From a virus, in the IMG/VR virus record IMGVR_UViG_3300045988_144346, positions 1-64,000 of that record: DNA of 64,000 nt; one strand, 5' to 3'. A program made the position numbers and the translations under genes. Every line of letters starts with the position of its first letter. Within the stretch, counting starts at the first letter, position 1. A model generated the notes under the pieces. It saw only the letters and a program-made list of their open reading frames with translations. It made no database searches and was not told the DNA's origin. Shown here piece after piece: positions 46,706 through 54,815 of this stretch.

Positions 46706-47027
46706 GCTTCCTCCGATTATTCTGTTACAGTCTCCTCCTTACGGGAGTTGCACCCGCATCTTCCGTTCCGTCTCGCCTTTTGCGTAACGCGACAAAGAAC
46801 ATCCCGCCCGCTCGAACGGCGTTTTACTGTTAAACTATCGGAGGATATAAATACCCTACCGCCATTCCAGACCGGAGCGCCGAAGCGAGCTGCTTCTTAC
46901 GGGCTGCAGCTTATAGCAAAAAGGGAGAAGGACCCGCACCAAAAGGACGTGAAACCATGCGGCTGGCTGTATAGCGGTTTTAACCTCAGCAGTTCAGGAG
47001 GTATACAAAAGAGCCGGCAGGTGAAAG

Positions 47028-47260
47028 TTGACACTCCCCATGCCTAAAGGCAGGGGATTCTCGGTTCGCTGACCGTAGCCTGCACCGTGCGAGGTCTTAC
47101 ATGGTCTCCCCGAGCGTATAGGTTTGGGCGCGTCCCGCCCTACCGTAGGTATTACTTACGTCAGCAGGCGCAATCCTTCGCTTAGAATGTTTCTTGCAGC
47201 GTTGATGTCCCGGTCGTGTTGGGCACCGCATACGGGGCAAGTCCAACTGCGGACAGATAG
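47028..47260 (-). ncRNA. Predicted TnpB omega RNA (reRNA) scaffold; approximate bounds
   Basis: Covers the 3' end of tnpB plus 128 nt downstream. Contains the bulged hairpin CCCCTGCC-TTTA-GGCATGGGG (47056-47036) followed by AGTGTCAA ending at 47028. Confidence 0.5.
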
Positions 47261-48274
47261 GTTTTTTGTTCCGCTCCATTGAGTGCCGCATTCAGAGCAA
47301 AGCTGGCTGGATGGATAGAATCTGTCAATCACCACAATCTTTTTCCCGTACCATTCTGCCTTATATTCCAGTTGTCTGCGGAACTCACCCCATGAAGCAT
47401 CGCTGATAGATTTTGCCAGTTTGTGATTCTTCACCATGTTTCTCGGCGTTAGATCCTCAATGCAGATCACATCATTCTGCCGTACAAATTCCGTCGATAG
47501 CTTTTGAAGCGCGTCCTGCCGCTGATTGAAAATATGCTCATGCATCCGGGCGACTTTGATTCTTGCCTTTTCGTTCCGGTTGCTCCCCTTTGTTTTTCGG
47601 GAGAGCTGCCGTTGTAATTTGGCAAGTTTCTTTTCGCTCTTTGTAAGGAATTTGGGATTGGGGTACTCTTCGCCATCTGAGGTAACAGCAAAGGATTTCA
47701 GCCCCATGTCGATGCCGACCGCCGCCCCGGTAGAGGGCAGTGGCTCCATCTCCACATCGGTGCAACACAGGGCGACGAAGTATTTGCCACTTGGGGTCTG
47801 GCTAACGGTTGCGGACAGAATCCGTCCCTCTACAGGCTTGCTGATCCGGCATTTTACCCTACCCAGCTTGGGGAGCTGTACAGCACCGTCTAACACTTTG
47901 ATGTTGCTTCCAACGCACTTGCTCTTATAGCTTTGCCGGTGGTTTCGCTTGCTTTTGAATTTTGGGTATCCGGACTTCTCACCCTTTTTGACCCGCCGAA
48001 AGAAGTTCTGATAGGCTGTATCCAAATCCTGTAGAGAGGATTGCAGAGCAGTTGCGTCAACTTCCCGCAGCCAGATGGTTTCTTCCTGTTTCTTCAGAGA
48101 TGTCAGGCCTTTGTCTTGCGTGAATCGTGTGGGAGCTCTTCCTGTTTCTCTGTACTGCTCCATTCGTTCAGCAAGAAAATGGTTGTATACGAAACGAACA
48201 CAGCCGAACGTACATTGTATTAAAGTTTCCTGTTCCGCGTTCGGATATATCCGAAATTTATATGCACGTTCCAT
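47156..48274 (-). CDS. tnpB: TnpB RNA-guided endonuclease (IS605 OrfB family)
   Basis: [12 protein letters not shown] start. RuvC D/E/D in [20 protein letters not shown]. Zn finger CSECG...CPVCG. Confidence 0.9.
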   Translation of the reverse strand: MERAYKFRIYPNAEQETLIQCTFGCVRFVYNHFLAERMEQYRETGRAPTRFTQDKGLTSLKKQEETIWLREVDATALQSSLQDLDTAYQNFFRRVKKGEKSGYPKFKSKRNHRQSYKSKCVGSNIKVLDGAVQLPKLGRVKCRISKPVEGRILSATVSQTPSGKYFVALCCTDVEMEPLPSTGAAVGIDMGLKSFAVTSDGEEYPNPKFLTKSEKKLAKLQRQLSRKTKGSNRNEKARIKVARMHEHIFNQRQDALQKLSTEFVRQNDVICIEDLTPRNMVKNHKLAKSISDASWGEFRRQLEYKAEWYGKKIVVIDRFYPSSQLCSECGTQWSGTKNLSVRSWTCPVCGAQHDRDINAARNILSEGLRLLT

Positions 48275-48316
48275 AGTGAACCCCACTGAATCTGCGTTTT
48301 AATTGTTCTTGGGCCG

Positions 48317-48577
48317 TCATATGTATTCCGTCTTTCTCGGCCGTCCCGGCTTCGCTTTTCCGGCGGTAGCGAGGCAGTTGCAGCATTCGGTGCTCGCATA
48401 GGGGCAGTGGTGAAGGCAGAAGTCGATATAATCCGGCTTGTCTTCGTCTGCATATTGGATGGCGAAGCCACCGTTCGGGGCATGTCTGCGAAGCACTGGG
48501 ACATGAACATACGTTGCTTTCAGAATAGCGAGAGCCGCCGCTTTTGCCGTCAATTCCGCCAATTCGTAAGTGTTCAT
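48317..48577 (-). CDS. Cys-rich small early protein with basic GRPRK tail
   Basis: 86-aa ORF; CLHHCPYASTECCNC. Confidence 0.4.
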   Translation of the reverse strand: MNTYELAELTAKAAALAILKATYVHVPVLRRHAPNGGFAIQYADEDKPDYIDFCLHHCPYASTECCNCLATAGKAKPGRPRKTEYI

Positions 48578-48578
48578 C

Positions 48579-48827
48579 TTATCCGCCTATCCGCTGGGCT
48601 TCCGCCAGATGCTTAGCCACGTCTTCGACGCTGAACTTCCGGCCGCCGCATATCTGATAAAAGGTCACGTCGGCAAGCCACTTTTTGGCAGTGCCATAGC
48701 TGACGCCGAGCTCCGCCTGGATCTGTGGGATCGACAGGTATCTCGTTTTGTAACGTTTCGCAAGATCGTTCGCCAAAACCACCTCCTGCGGTGAGTTGGC
48801 ATAAACGGTGCGTTTCAGTCGCGGCAT
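48579..48827 (-). CDS. Small HTH DNA-binding protein
   Basis: ATG at 48827 follows gggaggtgctttt. LSIPQIQAELGVSYGTAKKWL is HTH-like. Confidence 0.45.
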   Translation of the reverse strand: MPRLKRTVYANSPQEVVLANDLAKRYKTRYLSIPQIQAELGVSYGTAKKWLADVTFYQICGGRKFSVEDVAKHLAEAQRIGG

Positions 48828-48850
48828 AAAAGCACCTCCCAGCGTGCGGC

Positions 48851-49168
48851 TCAGGCGTTTTCCAGAAGCTGGCGGACCTGCTTTTTCGTATCGTCGCTCG
48901 CTTTCGGAAGCAGCCGAAGAATGCATTGAAGATCGTTTTCTTTCTTAACGGCGGCTCGTCGGCTCTCTTCAACGCTGTAATACAGATCCTCCACGGAGCA
49001 GCCGTACAGCAGTGCCATAGCAGCAGCCCGCTCCGGGCGCGGGCCGTAAAGCCCTTTTTCGTAAGCTGTCAACGCAGACGGCGGAAAACCGCAAATGCGA
49101 GAGGCGTTCGATATGCTGATGCCGATTTTTTCCCGGCGTTCTCTCAGATCCATCATGGAATCCTCCAT
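48851..49168 (-). CDS. Cro/CI-type HTH regulator (Cro-like, first gene of the lytic operon)
   Basis: LRERREKIGISISNASRICGFPPSALTAYEKG; divergent from the repressor gene. Confidence 0.6.
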   Translation of the reverse strand: MEDSMMDLRERREKIGISISNASRICGFPPSALTAYEKGLYGPRPERAAAMALLYGCSVEDLYYSVEESRRAAVKKENDLQCILRLLPKASDDTKKQVRQLLENA

Positions 49169-49186
49169 ACATAATTAAGATTTTCC

Positions 49187-49325
49187 TTGACAAAAAAATC
49201 CCTGTGAGATACGATGCAAATAGAAAATCTTCTTTGTTCTCAAGGGTTTTTATCTTTTGTGTACAAGCAGATTATATCTTACAAAAAATAGATAGTCAAT
49301 ATTAAATCTATGTTTTAATAGATTT
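49187..49325. promoter_or_regulatory. Genetic-switch region: divergent promoters and ATAGAT/ATCTAT operators
   Basis: Minus strand: TTGACT (49299-49294), N17, TATAAT (49276-49271). Plus strand: TTGACA 49187-49192, N17, TACGAT. Half-sites at 49288-93, 49306-11, 49318-23, including the palindrome AAATCTAT-N6-ATAGATTT (49304-49325). Confidence 0.6.
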
Positions 49326-49346
49326 CAGCGTATTGACCGAAAGGAG

Positions 49347-49706
49347 ATGAATGAATTGTTCGATTTCAACAGATTCGAGGCTTTGCGCGAGGAAAAAGGA
49401 ATTACCAAAGCCTTTATTGCCCAAAAACTTAACCGCGCTCCCGTTATTTGCCACGATTGGAAACTCGGAAAATCGACTCCCAGCGAGCAGCAGATCAAGG
49501 TCGTAGCGAAAATTCTTGGCACTTCACCGGAATACCTGAAGGGGGAAACCGATAAAAAAACCCCCGCCGAAGCCGGCGAGGGAAGTAAGTATGATCGTAT
49601 TATTATGGAGATACTGGAAAATATCACGGATGAGACGAAAGCGGCTCTGATCCCGCTGCTTCAGCAGATGCAGCGCCAAGAGGAGGCAAAGAACGGTTCT
49701 CGTTGA
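49347..49706 (+). CDS. XRE-family HTH repressor (CI-like)
   Basis: LREEKGITKAFIAQKLNRAPVICHDWKLGKSTP; divergent from the Cro-like gene. Confidence 0.7.
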   Translation: MNELFDFNRFEALREEKGITKAFIAQKLNRAPVICHDWKLGKSTPSEQQIKVVAKILGTSPEYLKGETDKKTPAEAGEGSKYDRIIMEILENITDETKAALIPLLQQMQRQEEAKNGSR

Positions 49707-50149
49707 AGCGCATCAGCGCCTGATATTTCGGATCTTTCGCAGCGGCCTTTTTAAGGGCGGAAATGAAGATCCCTTTCTGTTCTTCGTCAAGCTGATGGAA
49801 AAGGCGCAGGATAACCTGATCGTAGTCCAAGGGGAAGCCTCCTTTATGTCTTGATAATATCATCATACAGTATCCGGAGTCCGATATTCCGTACTTAGTA
49901 TCTTATCAGGCGAATTTTGCCGTGGCAATAGTTTTTTTGAAAAGGTTCCGCCGCCGCGTCACCGGCCGCGGCGCCAGCAGAGACAACGTAAAAAGCCCTG
50001 TTGTCTGCTGCGTATTAAGCGTAGCAGATACTCGTGCGATTTGTCCAACCCCAAAACACAGCTTTTCCGTCCCAATGTGAAGAAGCTGTTCGGTTAATTC
50101 CCAAAAACGGGTTCAAATCGCAGAAATAATGCTACGAGGTAGAGGATTC

Positions 50150-50746
50150 ATGGAAGAATTAGAAAATCTCGTTTGCCAGACACAGGAGCAGTTGGAAGTT
50201 GCCCAAAAGATTATGGCAGACGAAAAAGACAGGCGAAGTTTATCCTACCAGAAAATTGTCGATCAGACGGGTATTCCGAAATCCACCGCCGAGCGATTCC
50301 TCGGATTGAAAAGCAGCAACTCCAGCACAGTTCATTTTATCGTCCTATGTAAGTTGTTCGGTATGTCTGCCGACAGTTTTTTCGACATTGCCAAAGAGTC
50401 TCCGACCAGCCAGGAAACCGACCGGGCCGCTCACAAGATCGAGTTGTTGCAGCTAAAGAACAAATATCTGGAAAAGAACAATGCGTTTCTCCGTAAGGCG
50501 GTTGAAAAGAAAAACCTTTATATTGCCGTTATATCCATCCTTTCTCTGATACTGCTTATCCGAAATACCGTAATGGACATGAACAACCATCATATTGGCT
50601 TCTTCCGCGGCGAGTGGACACCGATGTCCACAGCAGGCGTTCTGCTGATCGTGATAGCCGCCGTAATATGCATTGTCGCCATCATAGCCAATCTCGGCAG
50701 CCGCGCACACTGGAAAAAGGAAGAAAGCAAAGGCCAAGACCTCTGA
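50150..50746 (+). CDS. Membrane-anchored HTH protein (HTH + coiled coil + 2 TM)
   Basis: LSYQKIVDQTGIPKSTAERFL. TM segments LYIAVISILSLILLI and AGVLLIVIAAVICIVAIIANL. ATG 50150 follows gaggtagaggattc. Confidence 0.5.
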   Translation: MEELENLVCQTQEQLEVAQKIMADEKDRRSLSYQKIVDQTGIPKSTAERFLGLKSSNSSTVHFIVLCKLFGMSADSFFDIAKESPTSQETDRAAHKIELLQLKNKYLEKNNAFLRKAVEKKNLYIAVISILSLILLIRNTVMDMNNHHIGFFRGEWTPMSTAGVLLIVIAAVICIVAIIANLGSRAHWKKEESKGQDL

Positions 50747-50758
50747 AAGGAACCCGCC

Positions 50759-51973
50759 ATGCCTAAAAGCGGATCAAAAGAATATAAATATATCCGAAAA
50801 TCGTTTGTTGCCGACGGGAAGCAATACATAGTATGCGGAAAGACAGAAGCCGAGGCGATGGAAAAACTCGCCGCAAAGAAAGAAGCCGTCCGGCGCGCGG
50901 AATTAACAAAAGGTGTAAACTGCACAATCGAGGATTGGGCCGATACATGGCTGACCACCTACATTAAACCAAAGGTCCGCAAACCTGGACAGCCGAAGAA
51001 AAAAGGCACCATGACGCAAAAAAGCTATGAAATGTATGAGGACAAGATCAACGGATATATTATCCCGGCGCTTCGAGGTAAAAAGCTGCGCAGCGTCACC
51101 GACACGATGCTGCAAGGCGTGCTGAATCAGCAGGCGGAAATGTCTGAGTCCCACGCGAAAAAAGTACGAATGATCCTGCGTGCCATGTTCTCGCAGGCTG
51201 CCTTTTCTCGCATAATCCCCTTTGACCCGACCATCAAGCTTACCATTCCCGCGTCTGCTACTGCCGAAAAGCGCCGCTCGCTTACCGCCGAGGAGCGCGC
51301 CGTTCTTATGCAAGTGGCGAAGACGCACCGGTGTAGCCTATGGATTCGTTTTCTCATGCGCACGGGCCTGCGCCCCGGCGAGTGCGCCGCACTTCGTGTG
51401 CGCCATCTGGACATGGAAACGCGGCTTATTCACGTTTGCGAAGCCGTCGAGTCCGGAACCACTGTAATTGCGACGCCGAAAACGTCTGCCGGAGACCGGT
51501 ATGTTCCTATCCCTTCGGACATTTATGCCGATCTGAAACGCCACATTAGCGGGAAAGACAAGGACGACTTTGTTTTCACGCAGGAAGACGGTAAATCCAT
51601 GATGACGCAGACGGTGATGACAAACAACTGGCGCAGTTTTTCCCGGCAGATGGACATCGCCATGGGCGCCGAAATGACAGCGCACGGCCATATCTACGAC
51701 CCGAAAGACCTTGATAAGGACGGGAAACCGTTGTATCCAGACAACGCCGGGAACCCGAAGAATGGTCACAAAATTGCTCCCGATCTTGTTCTGTATTGTC
51801 TGCGGCATACCTACGGTACAGATCTGCAGCGCGCCGGGGTGCCAATCAATATAGCAAAGGCGATCATGGGTCACAGCGATATTTCTGTGACAGCAAACGT
51901 ATATACTGACGCAACTGTCGAAGATGCCATGTCCGCGCGCGACTTAATGGACTCAGCAATAAAAACTACATGA
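50759..51973 (+). CDS. int: Tyrosine integrase
   Basis: 404 aa; GLRPGECAAL (R), CLRHTYGT (HxxR), MGHSDISVTANVYT (H..Y). Confidence 0.85.
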   Translation: MPKSGSKEYKYIRKSFVADGKQYIVCGKTEAEAMEKLAAKKEAVRRAELTKGVNCTIEDWADTWLTTYIKPKVRKPGQPKKKGTMTQKSYEMYEDKINGYIIPALRGKKLRSVTDTMLQGVLNQQAEMSESHAKKVRMILRAMFSQAAFSRIIPFDPTIKLTIPASATAEKRRSLTAEERAVLMQVAKTHRCSLWIRFLMRTGLRPGECAALRVRHLDMETRLIHVCEAVESGTTVIATPKTSAGDRYVPIPSDIYADLKRHISGKDKDDFVFTQEDGKSMMTQTVMTNNWRSFSRQMDIAMGAEMTAHGHIYDPKDLDKDGKPLYPDNAGNPKNGHKIAPDLVLYCLRHTYGTDLQRAGVPINIAKAIMGHSDISVTANVYTDATVEDAMSARDLMDSAIKTT

Positions 51974-52044
51974 AAAAAATAATTGACAACCGGCAAAAGC
52001 ACTGATTTTCAATAGTTTTTATCGGATTTGTCATCGTACTCTGA

Positions 52045-52082
52045 CTCCGTATGTGAGGGTTCGAATCCTTCTCCCGCTGCCA
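52045..52082 (+). other. tRNA 3'-end fragment (att core candidate), not a complete tRNA
   Basis: T-arm GAGGG-TTCGAAT-CCTTC (52055-52071), acceptor 3' strand TCCCGCT, discriminator G, CCA (52080-52082). No complementary AGCGGGA 5' strand lies upstream. Confidence 0.7.
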
Positions 52083-52088
52083 GCGAGC

Positions 52089-52134
52089 AAAAGCTCAAAA
52101 TCCTTTATTTTCAAGGGGTTTTGAGCTTTTTTCT
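52089..52134 (+). terminator. Intrinsic terminator directly after the tRNA-like 3' end
   Basis: gctcaaaa (52093-52100) ... ttttgagc (52119-52126) followed by tttttt. Confidence 0.8.
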
Positions 52135-52168
52135 TTGTCTCGCCGCCCCCTTTTTCGATAGCCGCCGA

Positions 52169-52220
52169 TTTCAAATCTTTCAAATATTTCAAATCTTACA
52201 TTAAAAATCACATTAAAAAT
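52169..52220 (+). repeat. Short tandem repeats flanking the att core (candidate arm-type sites)
   Basis: TTTCAAAT(C/A) x3 at 52169-52195, then ACATTAAAAAT x2 at 52198-52220. A related TTTCAAT lies at 52007-52013 on the other side of the core. Confidence 0.6.
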
Positions 52221-52242
52221 TTTTGCGTGATCGTAGAAAGAA

Positions 52243-52262
52243 GAGGGCGAAAATCGCCCCCT
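52243..52262 (-). terminator. Hairpin immediately after the sigma-factor stop codon
   Basis: Minus strand: gggggcga-ttt-tcgccctc followed by ttctttct. Confidence 0.5.
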
Positions 52263-52751
52263 TTATTTTAAAAATCTCTCGATTGTCTTTCTGGCGCGCC
52301 CAAGTTCCTGCGAAACGTACTGCGGCGTGCATCCAAGTGCGTCGCCAATATCATAAACAGACAGCTCAGCGCTGCGCATAGTAACCATAAGCCTTTGTGT
52401 AGGCGTAAGCCGCTTCATCATGTCTTCGAGCGCTGGGTGCTCGTCCTCCTTCCCGACAGTTTCCTCGACAAGTAATCGGCTATTCGGCGAAACGAAATCA
52501 TCTAACGGCAGTGCCGCGATCTGCGGCTTGCAGCAATCTCGGATATATCGGCGCACCGCCATGAAAATGCCCTTGACCGCAAATGTTGAGAATTTAGCTC
52601 CTTTTTCCGGATAGTATTCCGCACACGCCTGCCATAGCCCTATCCTGCACACTTGTAGAACATCTTCGTCAACTTTAAGACTCGGGAAATACTTTTTCAA
52701 GGTAAACCAAACAAGCGACTGATTTTCTTCATACAGTTTCTCTGGCGTCAT
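52263..52751 (-). CDS. Sigma-70-family factor (regions 2 and 4)
   Basis: ATG at 52751 overlaps the ASCH stop. VCRIGLWQACAEYYPEKGAKFSTFAVKGIFMAVRRYIRD is region 2-like. LSVYDIGDALGCTPQYVSQELGRARKTI is a region 4 HTH. Confidence 0.65.
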   Translation of the reverse strand: MTPEKLYEENQSLVWFTLKKYFPSLKVDEDVLQVCRIGLWQACAEYYPEKGAKFSTFAVKGIFMAVRRYIRDCCKPQIAALPLDDFVSPNSRLLVEETVGKEDEHPALEDMMKRLTPTQRLMVTMRSAELSVYDIGDALGCTPQYVSQELGRARKTIERFLK

Positions 52752-53323
52752 GTTTGAAGAGCCTCCACAAAACAATAGCTCTGCGGCGGTCTCGTGAGAT
52801 TACACTGCGTACATTCTGAACACTTCGGCGTTGCCATGCCGAGATTGTCAAAGTAACATTCTCTGCTGTGTTTCTTGAACTCAGATATTTCTTTCGGCTT
52901 GTCGTAGATTTTCAGATCAGAGATATGCCAGCCAAACCCCGGGTTGCCGCCCAAATACGCATTGATCTCCTCCTCTGTTAAGCACGCCTCTTCGAGGAGC
53001 CGCCCGATTGGAGATTTCCAATCTCCGTTATTTGCAATTCGATATTCCGGTTCTCCGCCACGTCTGGTGAAGCCGACACGCGCCAGATGGTCAATTCGGT
53101 CGCACACCAACTCGCCAATAACTTTCCCGCCGCCATAAAAGCCTTGCTTTTCCACCAGCGCAAAGAAATCCTCGTGTTCAAATCGCGGCTTCGAGCAATA
53201 GACATACACCTTAAACGGCGTTTCCAACTTCGGGCGTGTCTTGCGCACTTCCATCGTCTTTTCCCCGGCGGCAATCAGCTCGCACCAGCGCGGCTGGATG
53301 CTTAACATTACAGCTTTACTCAT
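52748..53323 (-). CDS. ASCH-domain protein
   Basis: MLSIQPRWCELIAAGEKTMEVRKTRP is the ASCH N-terminal signature. Confidence 0.6.
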   Translation of the reverse strand: MSKAVMLSIQPRWCELIAAGEKTMEVRKTRPKLETPFKVYVYCSKPRFEHEDFFALVEKQGFYGGGKVIGELVCDRIDHLARVGFTRRGGEPEYRIANNGDWKSPIGRLLEEACLTEEEINAYLGGNPGFGWHISDLKIYDKPKEISEFKKHSRECYFDNLGMATPKCSECTQCNLTRPPQSYCFVEALQT

Positions 53324-53621
53324 AGGTTTTCATCTTCCCTTTCTCGCAAAATCCGTCTGCGGGCTTAGGATAATCGTAATAGTTGCAAAAGACTTCTTGT
53401 TCGCTGCCCTTGAGAGACAAGTCCGGGTCTCCAAGTCGGCAGTCCTTGCAATGCACAACCTTTTCATACCCCAGCTGTACCGCCATGCGCTTAAACTGGC
53501 TGCGGGTGGGGCGGTCTATGGTGGGCGCATCCTCTATCAGTTTTCGGGCTTTCCCCGGCTCTCCTTCGTGCTGCCGGTCGTATTCAGCAAGCAGAGCGTC
53601 AGCGTCAATCAGTCTTGCCAT
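53316..53621 (-). CDS. Hypothetical protein with CxxC...C pattern
   Basis: Start MARLIDADAL chosen at 53621; the track ORF extends to 53663. Confidence 0.4.
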   Translation of the reverse strand: MARLIDADALLAEYDRQHEGEPGKARKLIEDAPTIDRPTRSQFKRMAVQLGYEKVVHCKDCRLGDPDLSLKGSEQEVFCNYYDYPKPADGFCEKGKMKTYE

Positions 53622-53678
53622 TCGCTGCACCCCCCATTCCACCGCCACATACAGCGGGGACATTTGCCGTAGCAGGGT

Positions 53679-53987
53679 TTATGCATCGCTGTCACCGCCC
53701 TTATACTTCGGCATATCCGCCCATGCTTTCACGCCGTCCCAGTCGCCGTGTTCTTCAAGCTCAAACAGTTTGTCGCCGTATTCGTCGCGGTCGCTCATGC
53801 ACATATCCTGCGACACTCCAAAGATTGTGGCGATAAGAATATTCTTCCCGTCATCCGGCATTTCGCAGGAAAACGCATATTCGGGAATCTCGTAGTTAGC
53901 GTATCCACGTTCGATATATTCTGTTTCTTCTTCTGCTGTTAGACGGCGCGTCGTGATCTCGTGCCAGACGATTTTTTCTTCAAACAT
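53679..53987 (-). CDS. Hypothetical acidic protein
   Basis: 102-aa ORF in the operon. Confidence 0.4.
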   Translation of the reverse strand: MFEEKIVWHEITTRRLTAEEETEYIERGYANYEIPEYAFSCEMPDDGKNILIATIFGVSQDMCMSDRDEYGDKLFELEEHGDWDGVKAWADMPKYKGGDSDA

Positions 53988-54195
53988 CAGCTTCTACCTC
54001 GCTTTCGAGCCATTTTCTTATGTCCTCCTCGGGAAACTCTACGAACATGCAAAGGTGGAAAAATGGGCAGACGGTGCAGTTGAGCTTATCCGGGAAAACG
54101 CATTCTTCCATCTGCGCAATATAGACTAACAAGTCGGATATATCGCAGTTACAAAGGTCGCACACGATTTTCTCACGGTTCGTCATTGTGTTCAT
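53980..54195 (-). CDS. Cys-rich small protein
   Basis: 71 aa, 7 Cys. Confidence 0.4.
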   Translation of the reverse strand: MNTMTNREKIVCDLCNCDISDLLVYIAQMEECVFPDKLNCTVCPFFHLCMFVEFPEEDIRKWLESEVEADV

Positions 54196-54304
54196 CCTTT
54201 CTCTGATAGCAATTCAGCAGCGTGTCTATCGGGTCGCAGAAGCAACAGGGCTTTCCGTCCGCAGCGCTCGGCGGGTAGTGGATGCAAAATTCACAGTCGT
54301 TCAT
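54173..54304 (-). CDS. Cys-rich micro-protein
   Basis: ATGA overlap at 54304; 43 aa, CEFC...CCFC. Confidence 0.3.
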   Translation of the reverse strand: MNDCEFCIHYPPSAADGKPCCFCDPIDTLLNCYQRKDEHNDEP

Positions 54305-54516
54305 ACGAATGCCCCCTCTTGCCAATCGTTTGGTATAATGGCATGGTCTTTCATAGCGCACTCAAATTGAAGCTCTTTGAACGTGAACACGTTTTCTCTT
54401 ATGAGCAAACCAACCGCAGCGATAAGACGACCTTCGTCGGTTATCTCGTTCCTTGTGCCAAAATTTACATAGTCCCGAAGAAACCTGTAAATTCTCCTGT
54501 TTCTTTCTTCGTTCAT
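54301..54516 (-). CDS. Hypothetical small protein
   Basis: ATGA overlap at 54516 with the Zn-ribbon gene stop; 71 aa. Confidence 0.4.
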   Translation of the reverse strand: MNEERNRRIYRFLRDYVNFGTRNEITDEGRLIAAVGLLIRENVFTFKELQFECAMKDHAIIPNDWQEGAFV

Positions 54517-54815
54517 TCCGCACCGCCCATCTTTGCGCCGCAATGGGGACAATAGGCGGGTAGGTTTTCCTCTGAAACAACAACACCCGTGCCCTTATGC
54601 GGATTTTCGCCACACTCGGAGCAGCACCAAACATAAAAGTCGGTGTTGTACTGCCACCGCCCATGCCGTACAGGTGCAACGTCGGCGGCAGGCAGTTTCT
54701 CCAGCATCTGCGCCGCTTTTTCAAAATACGGAGCAGCGTCCATCAAAACCGCCATGTTTGCTTTTGCACGAAAAATAGACACGCCCGTCCTGCGCTCAAT
54801 ATATTCAGCCATCAT
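54513..54815 (-). CDS. Zn-ribbon paralogue (inverted copy of 2679..3005)
   Basis: ADVAPVRHGRWQYNTDFYVWCCSECGENPHKGTGVV...LPAYCPHCGAKMGGAE. Start at ATG 54815/54812 after aaaggagaaa. Confidence 0.6.
   Translation of the reverse strand: MMAEYIERRTGVSIFRAKANMAVLMDAAPYFEKAAQMLEKLPAADVAPVRHGRWQYNTDFYVWCCSECGENPHKGTGVVVSEENLPAYCPHCGAKMGGAE

Larger units (their letters stand above)
47028..48316 (-). mobile_element. IS200/IS605-family (IS1341-like) TnpB-only element; right end recognisable, left end not
   Basis: tnpB plus RE hairpin/TCAA terminus. No tnpA. Only 30-42 nt separate tnpB from the upstream phage ORF. Visibly lower GC than its neighbours. Confidence 0.6.

Noticed and set aside
47028-48577. 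TnpA (Y1 HUH transposase) partner for TnpB, possibly the 86-aa ORF 48317-48577
   Set aside because: The 86-aa product lacks the HUH and catalytic Tyr layout and is too short. It looks like a Cys-rich phage early protein. No other tnpA-like ORF is in the window.
51990-52082. Possible complete tRNA gene after the integrase
   Set aside because: Only the T-arm, acceptor 3' strand and CCA can be folded. The required 5' acceptor strand (AGCGGGA) and a D-arm/anticodon arm are absent upstream. It is called a tRNA fragment/att core.
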